Shown here piece by piece: positions 23,755-36,764 of a stretch of DNA of 64,000 nucleotides. A program made the translations under genes and the position numbers. The notes beneath the pieces are model-generated. The model saw nothing but the letters and a program-made list of their open reading frames with translations. It had not been told where the DNA came from and ran no database searches. Within the stretch, counting starts at the first letter, position 1; each line of letters opens with the position of its first letter. Location: assembly GCF_035594765.1 (NCBI RefSeq), contig NC_085846.1, forward strand, positions 20,509,190-20,573,189, written 5' to 3'. The DNA comes from Anolis carolinensis (lineage: Eukaryota).

Positions 23755-25191
23755 CCATATATACTCGAGTATAAGCCGAACCGAATATAAGCCGAGGCAC
23801 CTAATTTTACCACAAAAAACTGGGAAAACTTATTGACTCGAGTATAAGCTGAGGGTGGGAAATGCAGCAGCTACTGGTAAATTTCAAAAATAAAATTAGA
23901 TACCAATAGAATTACATTAATTGAGGCATCAGTGGGTTAAATGTTTTGAATATTTACTGTATTTCAAAGAAAAACAGTAAACTAACTCTATAAGTGGAAA
24001 AACAATCATAACTTTATCATCATCATCATCATCATCATCATCATCGTTATCATCATCATCATCATCAACAGCTTCATTTGTACCCTGCCCTATCTATCTC
24101 CCCCTGGGGACTCAGGCCAGCTTCCAACATAGTAACAGGCAAACATATAATGCCTACATAAACAATTCAGAGCTAGATATAGATCTGTCATTATATATAC
24201 TAATTTCACATGTGTATTTTCCCCTGAAACCTTTGCAAATCCTCTCTCTGTGTGCATTTTCCTCCTGCAATATTTGCAAGCCTTATTTATCAATGTTTAT
24301 ATCTATCTAGACATCTGTGTGTGTGTGTGTGTGTGTGCACACGCGCGCATTTTCCCTCTGCACTTGCAAACATGTAAGGGTAAAATTCATATAAAATTCA
24401 TATATAAAATTAATATATACATATAGGAACAGATATACAGGTACATGGAAATCTCTAGATATCTATATTTATATAGGATTTGCAAAGACCTGTAAACATA
24501 TGAGGGGAAATTCATATATTAATGTATTTGTAGGGGGAACATCTATATAAATATTTAGAAGCTTTGGGGCATGCATTTACCCAAGGAAGAAATGCAAGCA
24601 AAGTCCCCCTAAAAATAACTTTGTCCTCTTTTTTCCTGCCCTTTCCCACCTCTTTTCTTTTCCCCTTTTTTAAACTCTAAAAGTAGCCAGAAAAGGCTTT
24701 TTAAAACTTCCCTCCCTCTCCCAAAAAACCCCCCACTCGATTTGTTTCCTTAGGAATAAAAAGAAATACACATCTTCTGTTGCTCTCTTTTCCCTCCTTC
24801 CCTCCCTTTGGACTCAAATGTTCTTACAATAGTAGTAGTAGTAGTAGTAGTAGTAATAATAACAATAGCAATAGTAATGAATCGTGCAAATTTGCAAGAA
24901 TATCTTTTTTCTTTCCCTTCTGTCCATGCAATCTGGCTTGCAAGGGTTTCTCTCACACTCTCCTTTTGCGTTTGAAAACATTTGCTTCTTGTCTTTGTCT
25001 CTCTCTCTCAAAAAAAATAAGATAACCAGCCTGGGAGGAGAAGCAGAGGAGGGAGGTTTTGGAACAGAAAACATACTGTGGCCTCCAGGCTCCGCTGCTG
25101 GCTTGACCTTGACCCGAATATAAGCCGGGGGAGGCTTTTTCAGCTCACAAATAAGAGCTGAAAAACTTGGCTTATCTTCGAGTATATATGG
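23755..25191. mobile_element. pogo/Tc2-like non-autonomous DNA transposon (1437 bp)
   Basis: TIR CCATATATACTCGA...TCGAGTATATATGG, TA TSD; internal (CAT)n, (TG)n and (TAG)n microsatellites. Confidence 0.9.
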
Positions 25192-25853
25192 TACTTTCAC
25201 CAGTCATTTTTGGGATGGGCAGTTCTACCATAAGCAAAGTTTCTTGAACTTATCTCTGTAGAATGAAAAAACCACTTTCAGATAGTTGGGTAGGTGACTT
25301 TGAAATAGAGAGAAATTGAGAGAAAAAGAGAGGGAGATAGGGTCTCTAAGACAATTTTACTGTGTAATACTGAATTGATAGAGATCTAAATCTTAATGCA
25401 AATATAAAATACATATAGGTTGATATAGCTCTTATTCTAAATGTTTGGGACCAGAGGTGTGGGATTTAGGTTCCCCCCCACTAGCTTTGAAGTCCCTGTA
25501 ATCACGATTTTTTGTGTGAGTGTCAGGAGCAACTTTGGTCGCTTCTGGAGTGAGAGAATTGGCAGTCTGCAAGGACGTTGCCCAGGGGACGCAACGATGA
25601 GATGATATCTTGTAGATGGGAGCCAGGTCTAAACACAAAATTGATTTATATTTCATATGCACCTACTACATATAACCTGGAATTAATTTGACCCACAATA
25701 TTTTTAAATAATTTTGTGCATGCAATCGCTTATGATTTCAAAATGTATTATTATATAAAAATAATTGTTTTAAAATAGTATAACAAATGTTTTTAACTTA
25801 TTTTTTTGGAAGCTGCCTTGAGTTCCACTCTGGGGGAAAACTAGCATTAATGC

Positions 25854-25902
<49 letters not shown>

Positions 25903-25903
<1 letters not shown>

Positions 25904-26195
25904 AACAGGAAAAACTCAGCTGCTATCAGGACCTCAAGATTGAACTGGCAGAAACAAGTGCAGGTGGTCCCGGTGGTGATCTGCACATTGGGGGCCGTGC
26001 CAAAAGATCTCAGCCAGCATTTGGAAAAATAGACATTGACAAAATTACGATCTGCCAACTGCAAAAGGCCACCCTACTGGGATCTGCACGCATCATCCGA
26101 AAATACATCACACAGGCCTAAACGCTTGGGAAGTGTTCGACTTGTGATTTTGGGATATGAAATCCAGCATATCTATCTTGTTTGCTGTGTCATAC
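25903..26195 (+). mobile_element. R4/Dong-clade non-LTR retrotransposon, 5'-truncated
   Basis: Same 3' end as the copies at 18609 and 19083; immediately follows (TAA)n at 25855-25901. Confidence 0.75.
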
Positions 26196-26237
26196 AATAA
26201 CATAGTAACAATAACTTTATTTTTATACCCCGCCCCA

Positions 26238-26526
26238 CAGAGCCGGCTCTAGGTATTTTCAAGTGTAGGTGAACAGAATTTTGGCGCCCCCCCAAAAAAA
26301 ACCAATCAATGAAAAATAAAAGTGTTGGATAAGCAAAAATGTTGGATAATAAGGAGGGATTAAGGAAAAGCCTATTAAACATCACATGACATTAAGATTT
26401 TACAAATCAAGCACCAAAACATCATGTTTTACAAGAAATCAACAGAAAAAGCAGTCTTTACTGCGCCCCCGTATGTTTTGCGCCCAAAGCAACCACTTAA
26501 TTCACCTCATTGTTGGACCGGCCCTG
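26238..26526. mobile_element. hAT MITE carrying captured mariner-MITE sequence
   Basis: TIR CAGAGCCGG/CCGGCCCTG; exact 8-bp TSD CCGCCCCA (26230-26237 / 26527-26534). Confidence 0.9.
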
Positions 26527-28284
26527 CCGCCCCATCTCCCCGAAGGGACTTGGGGTGGCTAACATGGGGCCACGCCCAGTACTTTGGGGTAGGAAAGCTC
26601 TGTGTTCGAACCAACTTGTTCTCCATCATGGGACTAGCTGCGGAGAGTTATGAGACTGGAAGGTGGGGCGGGGGGACTGATGAAAAATGCGCAAGGTCAT
26701 GGCTGGATATCAGGTAGCCAATTGACCCACTGGGACAGATAATTTATCACTTTTTGTTTCTTTTCTGCAACTCATTTTGTCCCAGACCACACATTAACAA
26801 TCTCACTGGGAAACTGGGGAGAGAAAACAGTATCCTCCATGGTAGTCAAGCCACAAATATTGTGGATTTTGGAACTGGTTTGAGGCCACTTTCTATGGAT
26901 CCTGGCCTCGAATATGTTCCAGAAATGTCCATCTAGTTATCTAGACTGTGAAACTGGTTTCAGCCAAATTTGTTACAAACTGATCTGAATGGGTAGTGTA
27001 GATGAGACTTACAGACTTATTGGAAAAAAAGCACCCTAGGACGCTTCTACACCAGCTCACCCATGAAGCCTCTCGCTGGCCATCATATGACATAGGGTGA
27101 CTTTCAGTAGGGTTCTGTTGGTGAACTGGGGTGGCAGTGTGCTAGGAGGCTGCCACCACCAACATAGAAGCAGCCCTGTGTTCCATAAGGAACAATGGGG
27201 CTGCTCTGCACTTCAGCTGCATGGCGATGCTTTTCCATGTGGAATGGGGAAGTATCAGCTGCTGGCTGATGTGCTGCAATTGCCCCGCTGCCACCCCACT
27301 GCCACCCTAATTCGCCACGGAGGCTGGAGAATCACAATGCTGGTAAGTTTGCATGTGATGAGGTCCTAAAAACTTTTGCAGGGATAGTTTGGCATCAGGA
27401 TATTGTCATTTGAAGGTCAAATTGAGAAAGAAAATACAACACTTGCCAACCAAACCGCTTAGGACCCTTAATAGATAACTTAATAAAGTTCTCTTGTTCT
27501 GGAAACACTCATGCTGGTGGAGGTCCATAAGGGCTTAATGTGTCACTGAAGTTACCTGGAATTTGGCATTGAAATACATAGGAAATGGAAGTGAATTGGG
27601 AACAAGGGAAGAGATGCGTGCATCTAAGACATGTTGGTAGGGAGAGCAAGAGAAAGAGAAGTGAGGAGTCATTTAGCCAGGACCTGTGGGCAGAGGAGAG
27701 ACAACCAAGGAAGAGAAAAGAGGAGGAGAAGATATTTAACCAGATTTTGAGAGGAGAGGAAAAGATGAAGAGGACAACAAATGTGTGACCATGGCTTTCC
27801 TTACCTGCTGTGTTATTATGAGATATATTTTGCCTTGTGATATAATCATATCTTTTTTCAAAACTGCAGGCAATATGGTCTGTTGTGTAATTAATCCCAC
27901 TTCATTCTCCACTCTCACCCTCACTCTATACAATGTCAACTAGGCAAGTATTATCCCTTTACACATCTTCATAAGCCATTGACAGGGTTGCTTAACATCA
28001 ATTTTATTTAGATAAGTATACAGAAAGTTATATAAAAAATGATCCTGGTCATTATTTTTAGTTGCCTTCAGTCCTGTTATAGGGGGAAAGGTGAAATATA
28101 AATGAATGAATGAAGTTTTTAAAAATGGAGTTACCAGCTCAGGATAGTTCACTCTGTACCTCATATTCTTTGCCACCTCATGCAAAAATTATTTTTATGG
28201 TAATCTGTAGGTAAGAAGCTGTACAAAATGGTATTTATTTATCTAGGCCTTCTATGGGCAACACATACAAGTGACATGTAAAAG

Positions 28285-28500
28285 AGGGTTGTTGTGCGTT
28301 TTCCAGGCTTTATGGCCATGTTCCAGAAGTATTCTCTCCTGACGTTTCGCCCACATTTATGGCAGGCATCCTCAGAGGTTCTGAGCATGCCTGCCACAGA
28401 TGTGGGCAAAACTCAGGAGACAATACTTTTGGAACATGGCCATACAGCCTGGAAAACACACAACAACCCTGTGATCCCGGCCATGAAAGCCTTCGACAAC
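28285..28500. mobile_element. Penelope pseudo-LTR fold-back (two inverted copies)
   Basis: About 90-bp inverted arms centred near 28378; matches the pLTR at 62730-62860. Confidence 0.85.
28338..28378 (-). ncRNA. Minimal type-I hammerhead ribozyme (Penelope-associated)
   Basis: Minus strand reads CCT-CTGAGGA-T-GCCTGC-cataaat-GTGGGC-GAAAC-GTC-AGG: core CUGANGA, stem II, GAAA, GUC triplet, stem I CCU/AGG. Confidence 0.75.
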
Positions 28501-29021
28501 AACATGCAAAAGAATCCACAAATTCAGTAGAAGAATAACAATAACAACCTGGGCAACAGAAGAAACTAACTGATAAAGCCTGATGAATCCTGTTAAATGG
28601 AAATCAGATCTCAAGAAGAGGAAGATCGAATTAACAGAAAGGCAGATTACAAAATGCACCCAAAATTATGTTTCTTCTTGCTTTACCTTTTAGAGCAGTG
28701 CTTCTCATGTTAGATAATATGGGGAACTGGGATTTTTTGTCTTTTGATGTTTGGGGCACTCAATCTTTGCCTACTGAAAGCTCTACTTTGTTTCCTAGAA
28801 ACATGCCAGAAATCTGCAGCCATTGGCTAAATGATAGCATTGGCCCAGACTATAACTTAAAATAGATTGTTCACTAGTTTGGCAAAATAGAGGATTTGGA
28901 TTGTATGCATCTTGTCAGGGACCCAAGGCTGCCCCTAGAATGCTCAGTAATCCAATATTCCATATCTTCATCAGAAAAAAGACAGTAGTGTAAAACATGT
29001 CAATCATGCCATTGTGTCTAT

Positions 29022-29996
29022 TTACTGAAAACCTTTACAATTTTTGACAAAGGTATATGAGACAACTCTGTGAAATCGAAACAATTTACTTGACATCTTC
29101 CAGGCAGCCTGATGTATATCTTTATTTCTCAGGCTATAAATTATAGGATTCGTTACTGGTGGCAGAACAGTGTACAAGACTGTAGACAACAAATCTACAG
29201 AAGTTGAGGACAAGGCCTGTGGTCTAAAGTATGAGAATACAGCAGTTGAAAGAAATAATGAGACAACAGTCAAGTGTGGAGTGCAGGTGGAGAAGACTTT
29301 ACGCCTGCCCTGGGATGAATTAATCTTGAATACTGTCGAGAAGATGTACCCATAAGATATTAATATTAAAGAAAGACAACAAATACCAGCAGTTATTACA
29401 ACAGCAAGAACAAGGCATTCATTGAGCATTGTATCTGTGCATGAAATCCTCCATAATTGTGGAACATCACAGAAAAACTGTTGAACATGAGAACTGCAAA
29501 AATTTAACCTGAATGTTGACATTGTTTCCACTATTGCATAAACTATAGCACTGATCCAAGAGGCAGCTGCAAATTGGAGACAGGCATTCCAATTCATGAT
29601 CCTCATATAGTGTAAAGGGAGGCAGATTGCCACATAGCGGTCATATGCCATAACAGTAAGAAAGAACACCTCAGCACTTGCAAATGTGAAAACCAGGAGC
29701 ACTTGAGAAACACATCCTGAGAAGGAAATTCTTCTGTCATTTGTCAATGATATAGCCATAGATTTAGGAACAGTTACGGAGACATAGCAAGCATCGACCA
29801 ATGATAAATTGACTAGAAAGAAATACATGGGACTATGCAGATTATGATCATGGGCTATAGTTAGGATAATGAGAATGTTTCCCATGAATGCTACCAAATA
29901 AATGGACAGAAACAACAAAAAATGTAAAATCTGTAGCTCTCTGGTGTCAGAAAATGCCAACAGAATGAATTCATTCACTGTAGACTGGTTTTCCAT
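29022..29996 (-). CDS. Olfactory receptor (family 14-like), intact, 324 aa
   Basis: MENQS start, LHSPMYFFL, MAYDRYVAIC, KVFSTC, PPVTNPIIYSLRN; acceptor TCTTTGTCTTTGCAG ending at 30020. Confidence 0.97.
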   Translation of the reverse strand: MENQSTVNEFILLAFSDTRELQILHFLLFLSIYLVAFMGNILIILTIAHDHNLHSPMYFFLVNLSLVDACYVSVTVPKSMAISLTNDRRISFSGCVSQVLLVFTFASAEVFFLTVMAYDRYVAICLPLHYMRIMNWNACLQFAAASWISAIVYAIVETMSTFRLNFCSSHVQQFFCDVPQLWRISCTDTMLNECLVLAVVITAGICCLSLILISYGYIFSTVFKINSSQGRRKVFSTCTPHLTVVSLFLSTAVFSYFRPQALSSTSVDLLSTVLYTVLPPVTNPIIYSLRNKDIHQAAWKMSSKLFRFHRVVSYTFVKNCKGFQ

Positions 29997-30037
29997 TTTT
30001 TCCTTGGTGAAAATCTTCTCTGCAAAGACAAAGATAT

Positions 30038-30072
30038 ACATACACACATACACACACACACACACACACACG

Positions 30073-30104
<32 letters not shown>
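30038..30104. repeat. (CA)n/(TG)n microsatellite
   Basis: Directly visible. Confidence 0.95.
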
Positions 30105-30105
<1 letters not shown>

Positions 30106-30232
30106 CAAAAAGTTATTCCCAATTTTCGACCTACATCAGTAAAAAAAAAAAAAACCCCAACAAAAACAGAATGTGTTTTGATGTTTTCTGCTTTCTTTGA
30201 AGGACAGATCATGTGAGATTGTACTTTTTTTT

Positions 30233-30465
30233 TCATGTCAGGAGCGACTTGAGAAACTGCAAGTTGCTTCTGATGTGAGAAAATTGGTCATCTGCAAGGA
30301 TGTTGCTAAGGGGACGGCCAGATGTTTGATGTTTTACTATCCTTATGGGAGGCTTCTCTCATGTCTACGCATAGGGAAATGGAGCTGACAGAGGGAGCTT
30401 ATCCACATTTTCCCTGGATTCGTCAAGTCAGCAACCCAACCTTCATGTCAGCAGTCCTGCCAGTA
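30233..30465 (-). mobile_element. SINE, same family as 3730-3980
   Basis: Collinear similarity to 3730-3980. Confidence 0.65.
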
Positions 30466-32097
30466 CTGGACAGATTTTATTAATCAAGGAAAGAAACTCA
30501 TTGCAATTGTTTATCTCTTGTAAAGAATGCTAGTAGTAGGTCTTTGTGATTTAAGGTCTGATTGGATGCTAATCTAATTGTGTAAAATGTATCTTGTAGG
30601 AAAGAAAAGGTTGAAGGATTATATGAATAAAGTGCATCAAGATGATTTGGGCAATACTGTGATTTTTATGTGAAGAAATTAAATTTCTCCATGCCCTAGA
30701 AAATATGCTTCTTTTAGAATATTATGAATAAAGATATCACAAAATATTTTACCCTCTATGCAATTATATGGGCGGATGGGTATTATGACATCTGATGCAG
30801 TTGCTACAATATTCAGAATGAAAGCCATATTTTTCAAAATATCATGTACTTTCTCTTCGTAGATATTGGTTCTTAATTGTCGCATTTTTTTTGAAAAACC
30901 CCCCTGTATATTCCAATAATAAAAAAATATTTAAAAAAAGAATGTGTTTGTGTTTTATTCCAATGCAGTCTGACCCTACCACAGTCTAACCAATCCTCTG
31001 ATTAAAAAGTTTGAGGACCCCTGTTTTACATGGGCGTCAGAGTAATTGTACCTCTATGAATGGTAACAGAGTAGCATCAATTGCCTTCTATTACCACTTT
31101 CTATACGCGTACACTTCTAAGTATCTGAAAACATAATAATTTGGCGATAATGTTAAAGTTTAAAACTTTTCTAGCATTATTCTCATAGCTAACAGTTTTC
31201 TGATGATATGGCTTCATGTCAAGGGTTAGGAAGAATTTCTGCATCTTAATATAAAATGCATTGCCCACGCAACAATTCTTTGTTAAACTAATAATGTCTT
31301 TACAGCCAAAATCTGAGAAAAAAACCTAACATTTCAATAGTTACTAGTATATTACATTGCTTTTTAATTTAATTGTAGATGGAGGACTGACCTCTTCTAT
31401 CTCACAATCTTTTTAAACCTCTTCTCAGTACTGAAATATCAAACATACCACACTTAAAGAGCCATCTTGCGCAGTTATTAACATCTACCCTTTTTCTGAA
31501 GGAGCTCCAAACTTCTGTACTAATGAAGACCATACAGTCCAAAGTCATATGTATCTAGTTACTCACCCCTGCTCCTTTCTTCAGATAACAGCCTAGTCAA
31601 AAATGAAGATGAACAGGTAGAGAAAATTTTTATATATTTATGCTTCAAGATTACTAGAGGTTTGAAAAACCAAGGCACATTACAGAAGCAGAAATAAATT
31701 TCAAAAGGTCTTTTCATCATGCTCATTGTCCCCAAAGGTTTAATTTAAGTGAGAGAAAATGGAAGACGTAATGGTGCAATGTTCCATAGTTAGTTTGTAT
31801 TCCCTGGATGAGAAAACTGCATGTGCAGACTTTGAGATTGAGGCTAAAGTTTGTTGGGTAGATAATTTTGAATAAGGACTTTGATAGTCAAAGGTAAAAT
31901 AGTGACAAAAATCAAACCTAACATCTTTGAACATCCAATTCATTGTAGATTTCTTCTTTCAAGAAGAGTCATATTGGTAGAAGTTTCATATCATTACATT
32001 AAGCTTGATAGTCACGAAAGGTACCTGGAATTCAGCATGGAAACACAGGGTAAATGGAGGTGAATTGGAAAGAAAGGCTAAAGATGAGTGTAGATAA

Positions 32098-34484
32098 TCC
32101 AGTTCAACCCCCTGCAAGTAGCAGGAAATCGCATTCAAAGCACCCCCGACAGATGGCCATCCAGCCTCTGCTTAAAAGCCTCCAAAGAAGGAGCCTCCAC
32201 CACTGTCCGGGGGAGAGAGTTCCACTGCCGAACAGCCCTCACAGTGAGGAAGTTCTTCCTGATGTTCAGGTGGAATCTCCTTTCCTGTAGTTTGAAGCGA
32301 TTGTTCTGCGTCCTAGTCTGCAGGGCAGCAGAAAACAAGCTTGCTCCCTCCTCCCTATGACTTCCCCTCACATATTTGTACATGGCTATCATGTCTCCTC
32401 TCAGCCTTCTCTTCTGCAGGCTAAACATACCCAGTTCTTTAAGCTGCTTCTGATAGGGTTTGTTCTCCAGACCTTTGATCATTTTAGTTGTCCTCCTCTG
32501 GACGCTTTCCAGCTTGTAAACATCTCCCTTCAACTGTGGTGCCCAGAATTGGACACAGTGATTCCAGGTGTGGTCTGACCAAGGCAGAATAGAGGGGGAG
32601 CATGACTTCCCTGGATCTAGGCGCTATACCTCTATTTATGCAAGCCAAAATCCCATTGGCTTTTTTTGCCACCACATCACATTGTAGGCTCATGTTTAAC
32701 TTGTTGTCCACGAGGACTCCAAGGTCCTTTTCACACATTATGTTGTCAAGCCATGTATCGTCCCCCATTCTGTATCTTTGCATTTCATTTTTTCTGCTGA
32801 AGTGAAGTATCTTGCATTTGTCCCTGTTGAACTTCATTTTGTTAGTTTCGGCCCATCCCTCTAGTCTGTCAAGTTCATTTTGAATTCTACTCCTGTCTTC
32901 TGGAGTGTTAGCTATCCCTCCCAGTTTGGTGTTGTCTGCAAACTTGGTGATCTTGCCTTCTAACTCTTCATCTAAGTCGTTAATAAAGATGTTGAACAGA
33001 ACCGGGCCCAGGACGGAACCCTGCGGCACTCCACTCGTGACTTCTTTCCAAGATGAAGACGACGCATTGGTGAGCACACTTTGGGTTCGTTTGCTTAACC
33101 AATTACAGATCCACCTAACCGTGGTTTTGCCTAGCCCACATTTGACTAACTTGTTTGTCAGAAGGTCATGGGGGAGCTTGTCGAAGGCCTTACTGAAATC
33201 CAGATAGGCTACATCCATGGCATTCCCAACATCTATCCAGCTTGTAACTGTATCGAAAAAAGAGATCAGATTAGTCTGGCATGATTTGTTTTTGGTAAAT
33301 CCGTGTTGACTATTAGCAATTACCGCATTTTTTAGAAGTGTTTACAGACCACTTCTTTAATGATCTTTTCCAGAATCTTGCCTGGTATCAACGTGAGGCT
33401 GGTATCAACGTGAGGCCAGACGGTAATTGTTTGGGTCATCCTTTTTTCCCTTCTTGAAGATAGGGACCACATTTGCCCTCCTCCAATCTGCTGGGACTTG
33501 TCCTGTTCTCCAAGAACTCTAAAAAATGATTGCCAGTGGTTCTGAAATAACTTCTGCTATTTCCTTCAATACTCTTGGGTGTAGTTGATTCGGCCCTGGA
33601 GACTTAAATTCATTTAGAGCAGCCAGGTATTCCTGGATAACTTCTTTCCCTATTTGGGGTTGGATTTCCCCCAATCCTTCATCCACTCCATGTTGCTGAG
33701 GTTGAGGCTGGCTTTCTTTTTGTGAGAAGACTGAGGCAAAGAAGGCATTAAATAGTTCTGCCTTTTCCCTATCCCCTGTCAGAATTTCCCTATCTTCTCC
33801 TCGCAGAGGCCCTATTGCCTCCTTGTTCTTCCTTTTCCTACCGATGTAAGCAAAGAATCCCTTTTTATTGTTTTAATGTCTCTGGCAATCCTGAGCTCAT
33901 TTTGCGCTTTAGCCTTGCAAACTTTTCCCTACAGGAGTTGGCTATTGGTTTGAATTCTTTTTTGGTGATTTCTCTCTTTTTCCACTTCTTGTGCATGTCT
34001 TTTTTTTTTTAAAGTCTTAGACCAGTTAGAAGTTCTTTGGACATCCATTCTGGTTTCTTTGCACTTCTCTTGTTTTTATTCTTTGTTGACACTGTTTGTA
34101 TTTGCACCTTGAATATTTCACTTTTGAAAAATTCCCATCCATCCTTGACTCCCTTGTCTTTTACTATTGGCATCCATGGAATGCCGCTCAGTATTTCCTT
34201 CATTTTTTGGAAGTCAGTTCTCCTAAAGTCCAGAATGTGGGTTTGGCTTTTTTTTCATTTTGGCCTTCCTTTGTATCGCAAACTGCAGGAGCACATGGTC
34301 GCTTGCCTCTGAGGATCCGACCACTTCAACTGCATTGATCTGGTCCTCCGCATTTGTTAGGATGAGGTCAAGAGCAGCCAATCCTCTTGTTGCCTCTTCT
34401 ATCTTCTGGACTATAAAATTGTCTGCAAGGCAAGCAAGGAATTTGTTGGACTTTGTACTCTTGGCCGAGTTTGTTTTCCAGCAG
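32098..34484 (-). mobile_element. CR1 LINE ORF2 (end of endonuclease, RT, C-terminus), decayed
   Basis: YLDFSKAFD, SGVPQGSVLGPVLF, KFADNTKL (FADD decayed), EKDLGV, LEAFKQRLDGHL; multiple frameshifts and stops. Confidence 0.95.
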
Positions 34485-36764
34485 ATGTTTTACTTTCTGA
34501 TCCAACCATTATGATTTGAGAGAAAATAGTTTGCCAACTCAGGCTAAAATTCCCTGCTCTTTCTTAGGCAACTGGACTTTTTATAGTACTTGATGTAACA
34601 AATAAGATGTTTATTTTGTGCCATAGCCCTGAGCATCCATTTCTTTAAGAGATTGCTAGTTTCATGTGCCCTACCTTCTGCAAAGGTCCTTCCTGTTTAT
34701 AAATTATAGCCTTAGAAGAAATTTCTAAAGCACCCAGATCCCCACCTGAACCTTCTTTTATTTTTTTAAACTACATTGGTTTGTTTTTTGTTTATATGTT
34801 TTTCTCAGAAGAAGGAATATCTTATATTGCACCTCTGCTACGTACAACATATATGGTGCCTTTTGGAGGCAGTGAGGCAAAGTTTTAGGAAACATTTCCA
34901 CATAAGCATTTTCAAGTTTTTGTTGGTATTGTAGTACAGTGGGGTTTTTGTATTCTCACATTGAACCATCCACAGCATAAAACTACTGCTATGTTCATCG
35001 TTGAGTGCTGCATGCATGCAGAAAGATGTTGTTGCTATTCAGATGGAAATATATGCCTGAATGATGCAGATATGTTTGTACTTCTCTCTGTGTGTTTGCT
35101 CGGTTTGATACATTTTCCCCTTATTTTTATAATGACATTATACAAAAGAACAGTGATAGTACAGGAAATAAAAGGGGTGGAGAAAAAAGGTGTATCAAAT
35201 AGGGAAAGATTATTATCCTTATATAGGTAAGGATCCTATATAGAATTATCTTTGAGCCAGGATGTGAATCCAATTGTTTGGAGTAGAGACTTTTAACCAA
35301 TTTATCACTTCCACTTTATGGAGGCCCTAAGAAAAAGCTATTGCAAAGTTTATAGGGGCTGAGAGTTTGTGCCTTGCCTACAATGAAACATTGATTTAGT
35401 GTACGCCAGCAGATTTTTATAGAAGTAAAAAGTGTTTTCCCCTCTATTTACCAAGCTCTTCAACAGTAAAGGGCTAATATTAGGGTCTTATGGACAATTA
35501 CTGCTCATTTGTCCCAGGATGCTGCCTAGGGAGTGGCAATGCACATTGGTAGCCTCCAATGCACACTAGAGTACTCCTGTTACTCATATTTATGAGTCAC
35601 TAAGAGGGTGCCTAAGCCCAAATAAGTATGATTAAAGTTATGTAACCACCAATTCTTTTTATTATTCTTCATTGCCTCGAGTCCCACTATTGAGAAAGAG
35701 ATGAAATATGAATGAATGAATGAATGAATGAATGAATAAGACCATTAAAAAGTAAAATCACAAACCCAGTCCAGTTTGCTCTCTAAATACAGACTCCCTG
35801 ACTCCTCTTGTGAAAATTACATTTTTTCTGGTAACAATATAAGTAAAAATGTGTACAGAGAAGTATACATTTATTTAGGCCTTCCATGGACAACATACAC
35901 AACATGGAAAAAGAAAACATGGCTTTAATTCAGCAGGTAACCAGGGAACAAATTGGGGGGGGGGGGGGGAGACTACAGAGGTTAAAGCCTGGGTAATCAA
36001 GTTATATTTAAATAGAGATTCCATGAAAAGAAACATAGATGCAGCACACATGGAGAATGCAAAATGCACCTGGAGCCGGCATTCCTTCTTGCCATATCTT
36101 CTAGTGCAGTGGTTCTCAAGATAGATGATGGGAGACTAGGATTTTTTTTTTCATTGTGCAAGGCAGTAAAATTCAATTTTTCCCAATGGGAATAATTCTA
36201 CTTTGTTTTGTTGGGTGCTTCCAGACAGGACTGAAACCCACACTGAAGTGAGTTTAAAAACCTACTTTGGTGTGGGTTTAAATCCTAACTGCCCTTTCCT
36301 GGGGCGCGCGATTACTATCCCGAACCCCCCCCCCCAAATAACTCCTAAAAAGTAAATAAAACTTACCTAGCTACCATTATGGTCCTTCTTGCACCTTCCT
36401 GGTGAGAGGAAATGATGCGGCAGAAAACTGGGGTGGTGGTACATCATTTCCTCATGCCAGGAGGGCATGAGGAGGATTGTAATGGTGGCCAGGTAAGTTT
36501 TGTTTATTTTTCAGGGGAAAATGGGGGCTGGGGGAGAGGGATTGTGTGCCACCCCAGACCTTTGGGCTCCAGGAGTCCTAAAGGTTCAGGATGTCAAATG
36601 GAGATTCACCTCTGGGTAGTCCCAGGATTACCTGGAGGTGAGTCCCTACAGGCCCAATACTTCATTAGATCCGGGCCTTTCAGGAAGGCCCTGATCTAGA
36701 TACCAAGGTTCAAATACTGTTCACTCATGGAAATGTACTGGATCACCTTGGGCAGTCCCATTCT

